The position numbers and the translations under genes were made by a program. The notes under the pieces are model-generated. The model was not told where the DNA came from. It saw only the letters and a program-made list of their open reading frames with translations, and did not search any database. From Octopus vulgaris (Eukaryota), in the NCBI GenBank assembly GCA_951406725.2, contig OX597814.1:190588001-190652000 (forward strand): a DNA stretch of 64,000 nucleotides. Direction: 5' to 3'. Position 1 is the stretch's first letter; each line of letters starts with the position of its first letter. Positions 48,101-59,000 of this stretch are shown in pieces.

Positions 48101-51100
48101 TGTTACCTGTAAAACCTTTAATACATGCACATGTATAATTATTTACTAAATCAGTACAAGTACCACCATTTTGACAGGGCCCTGAAAGGCATTCATTGAG
48201 CTCCTAAAAAGAAAAGAAAGGAACAAGGTATTCAAAAGTTAGAGAAACTATCAGCTTCATATTTTTTTTCATTTTTTAAATAAATGAAATAAATCTTCTA
48301 AACACAATCAGTCGTTATATATACATACATCATTTAACGTCCGCTTTCCATGCCAGCACGGGTTGGACGATTTGACTGAGGACTGGTGAACCAGATGGCT
48401 GCACCAGGCCCCAATCTTGTGTAAGAAAAAAAAAGATAAAGACCCATCCCTATAAACTAGCCACCACCAACCAATCATGTTAATCATATAACCAATATAG
48501 ATTATCAATATTGCCACATATATATATATGTTGTTGTGGCCCCCTTCGGTCATGACTGACCATGGGATTACACCAAGAAAGTTACCCTCCGAGGCTCAAG
48601 CCTGGGCAATGTTGTTTATGGAAGACCAGCAGTCGCCCACACATACCAGCTACCCCTCTCCATGCCACCGATGTTATCCAAGGGAAAGGCAAAGGCCGAT
48701 ACAGCTTGGCACCAGTGGTGTCGCAGCTCATTTATTAACGTGCAAGTAGCTGAGTACTCCACAGACACGTCTACCCTTAATGTAGTTCTCAAGGAGATTC
48801 AGCATGACACAGAGTGTGACAAGGCCGGCCCTTTGGAATACAGGTACAACAGAAACAGGAAGAAAGAGTGAGAGAAAGTTGTGTTGAAAGAGTACAGCAG
48901 GGTTCACCACCACCCCCTGCTGGAGCCTCATAGAGCTTTAGGTGTTTTCACTCAATAAACACTCACAATGCCCGGCCTGGGAATCGAAACTGCGATCCTA
49001 TGACTGCGAGTCCACTGCCCTAACCACTGGGCCATTGCACCTCCACACACATATATATATATACACACATATATTTTGGTGTGAATTTGTTTTTTTTACA
49101 TGGTGCCAAGTTTACAATAATAATGGTATTTTTATATAAGATTAAAGCTTATGGTGATCACTGCACAATGACTAAAGAAAACAGTCTAAGAAAGGAGCAT
49201 ATAAGCACTTGACAGAAAAAAGGCTTTCCTATCCGCGTGGGAGTTGAACCCAAACCCACATACATATTTATATGTTCTTTGGTTGGCAAAATTGTTAGGG
49301 CATTGGACAAATTACCTTGTAGTATTTATTTTGGCTCTTTACCTTCAGAAATCTATCTGAGGTCAACTTTCCTATTCATCTCACCTAAGTCAATAAAATA
49401 AAGTACCAGCCAAGTACTGGTGCCTAAATTAGAAATATTTATTATTATTATTGAGTGAGAGAGCAATGCATATCATCAAAGTGACATTGGGGTACAAATA
49501 TATGAAGCCCAGTATACCCATCATAACTACCTGTCTGATAAGGGTACACCAGGCATATACATCACAACCATATGTGCACAACTTGCAGGCGGGTCCCACT
49601 TAGAATTTTCTTCAGGTTAAGTTGCCAATTCCACTCAAAAGGTCCCTGAATGTTTCCAGGGGTGAATTATTCAAACCCCAAAGATTCCTATCAACACAAT
49701 GCTATGATGTTCCCCCACTACTCCTGCTTGTGATCAGAGATGCACATATCGTCAGCCACTAAGGGACATGTTCAACTAGTTAAGGTCAAGCAAGTGACAT
49801 GCAAATCTGTGGTACTGAGTACAATATTTACTGTAGCCCATCTTTTATACCAAGACAAAACATGTACATAATACTTCCAATCAGTTAAGATCAGAAATCA
49901 TGAGAACCACTGCCTGGTTTATTTAGGGCATTTATTATTATTATTATTATTATTATTGTGAGATCGTTGCCAGAGCAACAAGCTGGCCTCCGTGCCGACG
50001 GCACGTTCAGCACACCATTCAAGTGTGATCGTTACTGCGTAGCCTTACTAGCACTTGTGCTGGTGGCATGTGAAACATTCGAGCGAGGTCGTCGCCAGTG
50101 CCACTGGACTGGCTCCTGTGCAGGTGGCACATAAAAAGCACCATTTGGGTGTGGCCGTTGCCAGTACCACCAAACTGGCCCTCGTGCCGGTGGCACGTAA
50201 AAGCACCCACTACACTCTTGGAGTGGTTGGCATTAGGAAGGGCATCCAGCTGTAGAAACTCTGCCAGATCAGACTGGAGCCTGGTTCGCCAGGCCCCAGT
50301 CAAATCGTCCAACCCATGCTAGCATGGAAAACGGACATTAAATGATGGTGATTTATAGTGTTGGTGCCATATAAAAAGCACTCAGTCCACTCTAAAGTGG
50401 CTGGTGTTAGAAGGGCATCCAGCAAAAAAGTTCCCTGCCAAAACAGAGAGTGAAGCCTGGTGCAGTCTTCTACCAAACCAGCCCCGCCACATTGAAATTT
50501 TATGGTCATTTATATGTATCTACCAACACAAACTACAATAAATGACTGCTAAGATAAATATATTTTATGAATAAGTTAAAATTTAAAATGGAAAAAAAAT
50601 GTTAATACTAACCTCACACATGGGACCAGAGTATCCTTCTTTACATTGACAAGTATAAGAGCCAAAAGTATCGACACATCTGGATCCATTACAAGGTCTA
50701 ACTAATTCCTTACACTCATCTACATTTTCAGAGCAGGTCTGACCTTTGTAGCCTAAAACAGAAGATGCAAACATATCAGCTTTACTGAACAATAATAACA
50801 AAGCAGGCTGAAACGCAGACAAATTTTGGATGTACAGATTTTGATGTACAGATTCAAAAAATAATTTTTTGTAACTAAACACTTTCAAATTTTGGACACT
50901 GGTAGAATGTGTCATATAAAACATGTTTTACTCTTAGCATTTTTGAGAAAAACTTATATTTACGAAGTAATTTCACATTAAAGTCTTTACCTTTTGACGT
51001 ACAGATTTATAAAATAATTTTTTGTAACTAAACACTTTCAAATTTTGGACACTGGTAGAATGTGTCATAAAACATGCTTTACTCTTAGCATTTTTGAGAA

Positions 51101-51389
51101 AAACTTATATTTACAAAGTAATTTCACGTTAAAGTAGGCCTATTTCGGTAATTTCAACCAATCAATGACCTGTATTCAGCTGAATAAAATTACTGCTGTT
51201 GTTTGTCAACAAGAACTTCCGGCAGTGTATTTTTCATTTGACACTGTTACTTATGACAACCCTAACCCTAACCTTAAAACACCTAACACTAACCCTAAAA
51301 CCCTAGCCCTAACACTCTAGCCCTAAAAGCCTAACCCTAAAACCCTAACCCTAACCCTAAAACCCTAACCGTAAAACCCTGTCATGTGT

Positions 51390-51424
<35 letters not shown>

Positions 51425-53038
51425 TGTGTGTCCCACCACCGCTTGATAACTGGTGTTGGTGTGTTTATGTCCCCATAACTTAGTTACAAAAGAGGCCAAT
51501 AGAATAATTATCAGGCTTAAAAAAAACAAAAAATAAGTAATAGGGTCAATTGATTCCACTATTCCACTAAAATTCTTCAAGGTGGTGCCCCTAATGACTA
51601 AAATAATTAAAAAAAGATTTTAAAAAAGTGAAATAAATTACCATAACTGGTAACATAGAAGACAAGCTTTTTTTACCCTAAAAATGTCTTAAACAAAAGA
51701 AAAATTCACCACAAGTGAAGTAGGCCCAACATTACATGTTTTAATACCCTAAACACTTTTTTCCCCCTAGAAAGTGTGTTGAAATTGTGGTGCATTTAAT
51801 ATGCCAATGCATCTTTTATGCCATCAGATGCAGTAGATTGTATCAAAATTTAGTAAAGACCAAAAAACTAGTACACAAGTTAAATATTACAGTCATTACT
51901 AATTACATAGCAAGACAGATTCAAAGATTTACTGCTGCTGTTGTGACTAACATCCTGTAAGAAATTTGCCTGTAAAAAGAGCAAACTAATTTTATTGAAA
52001 CTTTATAGAAATCTTTGACTGATAATTTTTACTTACGGGCTGGTTTAACCATTTCACTTCAAATAACATTTATACCCTACAACTCCCAAACTCCAGACAG
52101 ATTATGAAATATCTCTTTATCCGCTTCCCTCTCATATGTACGTATGTGTGTATGTATGTGGCTTTATGTTGAACAAACAAGGAGGAGGAATCATGGTGAC
52201 ATAAAACTCAACTTCCATTTCAATGAAAACTATCTATACATACATATATACTCACACACACATATATGAATGTGTGTGTATACATGCATATATATATTTT
52301 TATATATACACATATATACACACAAGCATACACACACATTCAGTTTCAATGAAAACTATTAATACATACATATATATATATATATACATACATACATACA
52401 CTCACACATACATATATGAATATGTGTGTATACATGCATACATATTTTTATATATACACATATATACACACAAGCATACGCACACACATTCAGTTTCAAT
52501 GAAAACTATTAATACATACATATATATATATACACTCACACACATATATGAATGTTTGTGTATACATGCATACATATTTTTTATATATACACATATATAC
52601 ACACAAGCATACACACACACATATTCAGTTTCAATGAAAACTATTAATACATACATATATATATATACACTCACACACATATATGAATGTTTGTGTATAC
52701 ATGCATACATATATTTTTATATATACACACAAGCATACACAGGCACATTCAGTTTCAATGAAAACTATTAATACATACATATGTATATATACACACTCAC
52801 ACACACATATATGAATGTGTGTGTATACATGCAAACATATATTTTTATATATACACATATATACACACAAGCATACACAGGCACATTCAGTTTCAATGAA
52901 AACTATTAATACATACATATATATACACTCACACACACATATATGAATGTTTGTGTATACATGCATACATATTTTTATATATACACATATATACACAGAA
53001 GGATACACACACACATTCAGTTTCAATGAAAATTATTA

Positions 53039-53078
<40 letters not shown>

Positions 53079-56000
53079 TCACACATATATGAATGTGTGT
53101 GTATACAGGCATACATATATTTTTATATATACACACAAGCATACACACACACACACAAACACACAATATCACACACATACATGTATGTGTGTGTAAGTTT
53201 GAAAGACAAAAGAGATTTGATAAAATGACGTCATACATTGACATTTTGTAAAGCACAACACCCACAGAAAACCACACCTTTCCTCTATTTGTTCAGTATT
53301 TCAGAATAAATGAGTCATAGTTAGTAGTTTTCTAAGAATTACATGCTTAAAAGTGATGCTTTTCAGAAATTTTGGATTAAAAAGAAATTTATTTAAATAA
53401 GAGTGGCTAACTGGCTTCCGTGCCGGTGTCACGTAAAAAGCACCATTCGAGTGTGATAGTTACCAGTGTCGCCTTACTGGCACATGAAAAAACATTCGCG
53501 TGAGATCATTGCCAGTACTGCTGGACTGGCTCCTGTGCAAGTGGCATGTAAAAAACACCATTTGAGCATGGCCGTTGCCAGTACCGCCTGACTGACCCTC
53601 GTGCCGGCGGCTCATAAAAGCACCCACTACACTCTCAGAGTGGTTGGCATTAGGAAGGGCATCCAGCTGTAGAAACTCTGCCAGATCAAGATTGGGGCCT
53701 GGTGCAGCCATCTGGTTTGACAGTCCTCAGTCAAATTGTCCAACCCATGCTAGCATGGAAAGCGGACCTTAAACGATGATGATGATAATGACAAAAGTAT
53801 CTTTTGTTTTTTAAATATTACAAAATGTTTTGATGAAGCCAAAATAGATATTTGGTTCATTTTGAGAAAAGCACACTTTTTTTTTTCTAGGCGAAATGCT
53901 ACAACAAAGTAAACCAAGCTAAAATTTTAAAAGTTGGAGTTTTTTTTTTTTTTGCTCAACCTATTTCATGGTGAAAATACAACCTGTAACTTGTTGGGAT
54001 CACAGCCAATTGCGATCAAAATGATACAGGGTACAAATGGGGTTTATGTAATTAATAAGTAGCTTAAAGAGAGATGAAAATACATCATCACATCATCATT
54101 TAGCATCTGTAGCCCACGCTGGCATGGGTTGGATGGTTTGACAAGATCTGCAGGGCCCAAGGAGAGCATCATATTTTGTTGTCTGCACTGAATGCCCTTC
54201 CTAATGCCGACCAATTTACAGAGCATACTGGATGCTTTTTCGTGTCACCAGCACTAGTGAGGAGGTTAAGTAGTTTGCAAGACAAAACTCCTTGATTGAA
54301 AGGTGAATAATGTCAGGTGTAAGAGTATGATAGGACAGGAATAGGTGGTTTTCTGTAGAGAAGATACTCAGCTGGAAAAGGAGTAAAGATGATGTGAGTG
54401 ATGAGGTGTCAGAACATAACCTCAAGTTACAAAAGAGTGAATGTGAGGGGATGAATTAAAAGTAAATTCTAATGAAAGACAGCATTTAGTATAGGTAGAT
54501 TCTCTCAAATTTACTCTTTACTCTTTTTACTTGTTTCAGTCATTTGACTGCAGCCATGCTGGAGCACCGCCTTTAGTCGAGCAAATCAACCCTGAGACTT
54601 ATTCTTTGGAAGCCCAGTACTTATTCTATCGATCTCTTTTGCTGAACTGATAAGTGACAGGGACATAAACACACCAGCATCGGCTGTCAAGCGATGTTGG
54701 GGGGACAAACACAGACACACAAACATACACACACACATATATATATGTACATATATACGATGGGCTTCTTTGAGTCTCCATCTACCAAATCCACTCACAA
54801 GGTTTTGGTCAGCCCAAGACTATAGTAGAAGACACTTGCCTAAGGTGCCATGCATAGGACTGAACCCAGAACCATGTGGTTGGTAAGCAAGCTACTTACC
54901 ACACAGCCACTCCTGCGCCTATAAATAAATAATCTATCAAAATTTAAATGGAAAAGTGAAAGCATTAATGAACAGAATAAAAGTATTTATAAAAGCAGAG
55001 GAGTCCTTACCTGTACCAGTGCAATTACAGGTGAAACTGTTGATCCCATCAATGCAAATGCCATTGGTACATGGCTTTATTTCACACTCATTAATGTTGA
55101 GATCACAATACGTTCCAGTAAAACCTAGGAGATAAATGAAACACTGTTTAAACGAAAGACTAAGCTGATGTAGCTCAAACCTGCATTGGGAACTCTCTCT
55201 CTCTAAGTGAAAATATTTCTCTTTATGTTTGAGGAAATGAAAAGCATTTATGACAATTGTGTTCAATTAATAAATTGTAATCTTTCTCTCTGCCTTCTAT
55301 CTCTCATGCCCTCCATCTGTATATTTCTGCACACAGATGCATTCGTATGTTTGCCTCCAGTGCCAAAAACTACCATCACCAAAACAGATTGGCTCTCCAC
55401 TCAACCATGCCAAATCATCAGCATTCAAACAACCGTGCCCGATTGTCTCATTCTGTCCTGGTAATGTTCACCAAACAATCATACTTCGAAGGAGGAGACA
55501 CATTTTGTAGCACTGACCTGGGGCACTGAATACTTTAGAGCTGACCCTAGATGTAACAGTACCACCTGGCCCCTGGCCATTTTGTTGCAAGACCCAGAGA
55601 CCTTGGAAAAGGATCATGGATTCTGCCTTGCCTTTCCTGATAACTATATTTAAAAAGATTTTTAACTGATGGTTCAATACTTTGTATACAAACATCTATC
55701 AGTGCATTGCAGTAATAGCTATGTCACTTAACAATTACTAGTTCCAACTTCCTTTCTTATAAATAGGTACCATGTAAAAGTACATAGCTACTACAATAGA
55801 AATTACACTACAGCTACGTGTTGTATTAGCTTGCAGTTCTAGACTCAAATTATTCCATGAGTCACCAAATAAGAAACGGACACCACAGGTTATATAAACA
55901 CATAAGACCAGTTTATTTCTGATTCCTTCAGCTTTAAACAGGTGGACACTTACATGATCTTGGGAGTGGGAGGGCGAAACATATACAAGCTATGTTATTG

Positions 56001-59000
56001 GTTTTACTATCTGCTGGTAGACTTTCTAGTACGTTTTTTGTTTTTTTTACTAGCTTGGTCTGAAGGAAGGTAATGTACCCAAGGCCTTAGCAGACTCTCT
56101 AGGCCAAGTAAGATTGATGTGGTTAATATTCCTCTTGAAAAGCTGTAAGTTGAATGCACAGGAAAAATATAAGTGCTGGGAGCAAATTTCAGAAGGATGA
56201 TATCCAGGGGAGGAAGGACTGAGCATAGTGGTTAATGAGAAGCCGGGGTGTGTGTGGGGAGGAGGACCATCTGGCTGACAAGGAGAGACTAGTGAATCAG
56301 GAAAACCTGAATGGAGAAGGTAAGAGACCAACCAGCTCTGAAGAAGAGGGGCCACAACAGTGGCATCAGAAAAGAGAGAGAGGGAAGATCGTTTCAAGAG
56401 GTCCAAGTGTATTAATGATCAAATTCATATGAATCAGTCAGATAACCTTTCCATAGATATGGTTTTGGATGTCTGTGAGTCTAGAAGCAGCACCATCCCA
56501 GATATGGAAGCATTAACTTCATTGTCAGTTTCACCTGAGATTTATCTTGGATTAATAATTGTTAAATGGTTGAAGTATTTTCCTGCCTGAAGAGGAGAGC
56601 TAGTCTTTGGAGCAATCATACCTATTTCTTTACTACCCACAAGGGGCTAAACACAGAGGGGACAAACAAGGACAGACAAATGGATTAAGTCGATTATATC
56701 AATCCCAGTGCGTAACTGGTACTTATTTAATCGACTCCGAAAGGATGAAAGGCAAAGTTGACCTCGGCGGAATTTGAACTCAGAACATAGCGGCAGATGA
56801 AATACAGCTAAGCATTTCGCCTGGCATGCTAACGATCCTGCCAGCTCACTGCCAGGTTACAATTAAAGCTGGTCAGGATGCTCATAGCTGTGTACACAGG
56901 TAGTTGAAGAATATCATAGAAGAAAGCTAATATTTATCCCCACTTAAAAATGTATATTGTGTTAGAACACAGAATACTGCAATAGTTACCATAAGAGAAT
57001 CTCATGTGGGCTTTTGGTGCATATAAACTCTTGCTTACATCAATAGTGAAAGATAAATCACCCATCATCATCATGACTGAGACTACCAGATCACGTGATT
57101 TCGGTCTTCCTTAGCCTTGTCAATGGTAGATACCTAACTGCTGGAAACAGAGGTAATATCTCTGCTAGCAATACACATAGAGCCACAGTGCCTAATCAGA
57201 CACTGGTGTTGCTAACAGCCAGACATTTTCAACTGTTGCTTACCTTACAGATATAACTTGTATATAAGTAATGTTTACCAGACCATCATCATCATCATTT
57301 AACGTCCGTTTTCCATGCTAGCATGGGTTGGACGGTTTTGACTAAGGATTGGCGAACCAGATGGCTGCACCAGGTTCCAGTCTTGATCTGGCAGAGTTTC
57401 TACAGCTGGATGCCCTTCCTAATGCCAACCACTCTGAGAGTGTAGTGGGTGCTTTTTACGTGCCACCTGCACGGGGGCCAGTCAAGCGGTACTGGCAATG
57501 ACCTCGCTCAAGTCTTTTTACATGTGCCACCGACATTAAACAGATTCATCTATTACATCCTGGAATAGTAAACGTAATCAGTTACCCGATTTAACAATAG
57601 CAGCAGCAACAACAACATTGCCATCACCACCACCACCAGCAAGCTCCTCAAAGCATTTAATGGAGTCCAGCGTTACAAGCATTCAACCATGTTTCTAGTT
57701 TAACCCTTTAGCATTCAGATTATTCTGTCAAATATAATATTTATTCATCCATATTGTTTTAAGCTAATCATGCATTATTTCATAGCTTTAAGATTTCAAT
57801 GATGTTATCACTTGTTTTTAGATTGACATTATAGGTTGGTGTGAGATACCAAATCTGGGCAGTTTTAACAGAAAACAGGTAGATTATTTGGGCCGGATAT
57901 GGCCGGTTTAAACACTAAAGGGTTAAGGATCAGCTATGAATAAGTTGTAATTAATTCCTTCCTTAGCCCCATCCCCCGGCCATCCTCCATTACCACTAGT
58001 CTTGAAGGTCTGGAAATAAGGTCATGGATGTTTGTCCTTTTGTTGCTGACTTGGGAATAAGAAATAAAAATTTAAAACCTTTATTTTTGAAGTTTATAAC
58101 GTAAGAGAAGGAAACTTACCAGGCAGACAATTACATACGAATGAATTAGTTGTGTTGACACAAGTACCATTATTAAGACATGGCATCAAGGCACATTTTT
58201 GGTTTCCTGTTGAGAATAGAAATATAATAAAAACAAAAAAATTAATTGTGTAAAACTAACTAGTTTATGTCAAGATTCACTGCATGTATTAATTTCAAAA
58301 TCTGGATCTTCCTGAAGTTCAGCTTTAATCTTCATCTCATTTAGAGTGATTAGTGAATGAAAGTATGTCTAACTTTTTTTTTGTTTTGTTTTGGTGTTAA
58401 ATTATCCACCTGTCATCATTATCGTTTAATGTCCACTTTCTATGCTGGCATGGGTTGGATGGTTTGACTGAGGACTAGAAAGCCAGGAGGCTGCACCAGG
58501 CTCTAATCTGATCTGGCAAGGTTTCTACAGCTGGATGTCCTTCCTAACACCAAGCACTCCGAGAGTGTAGTGAGTGCTTTTTACGTGCCACCAGCTTGAA
58601 TGGTGCATTTTACGTGCCACTGGCATGGGAGATAGTCAGGTGACACTGGCATCGACCACACGTGAATGGTGCTTTTTATGTGCCACTGGCACAGGGACCA
58701 GTCGGGCAGCACCGACATTGACCACACTTGAATGGTGCTTTTTTACATGCCACCAGCACGGGTACCAGTCAGGTGGCACTGGCATCAGCCACGACCACAA
58801 TTTCACTTGACACAACAAAATTAAGTCAAGCAATTATATTATGATTTCATCTTAGGGTTACTGAGCAGGCTTATAAATCATTAACTTCTCTGCTCTCCAC
58901 TTAGGTACATAATACAATTTCACATCAACTGATAGAAAGCTACTTTGATGGCAGTTTCTTCATGTATGAAGACCATGAGGGAGTGTGGTCTTCATACATT

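Noticed and set aside
51258-51380. True telomere or chromosome end
   Set aside because: Short, degenerate and inside an intron of an intact gene
56420-56620. Possible decayed LINE endonuclease on the minus strand ([14 protein letters not shown]...)
   Set aside because: Resemblance too weak and interrupted by stops to call without a profile search
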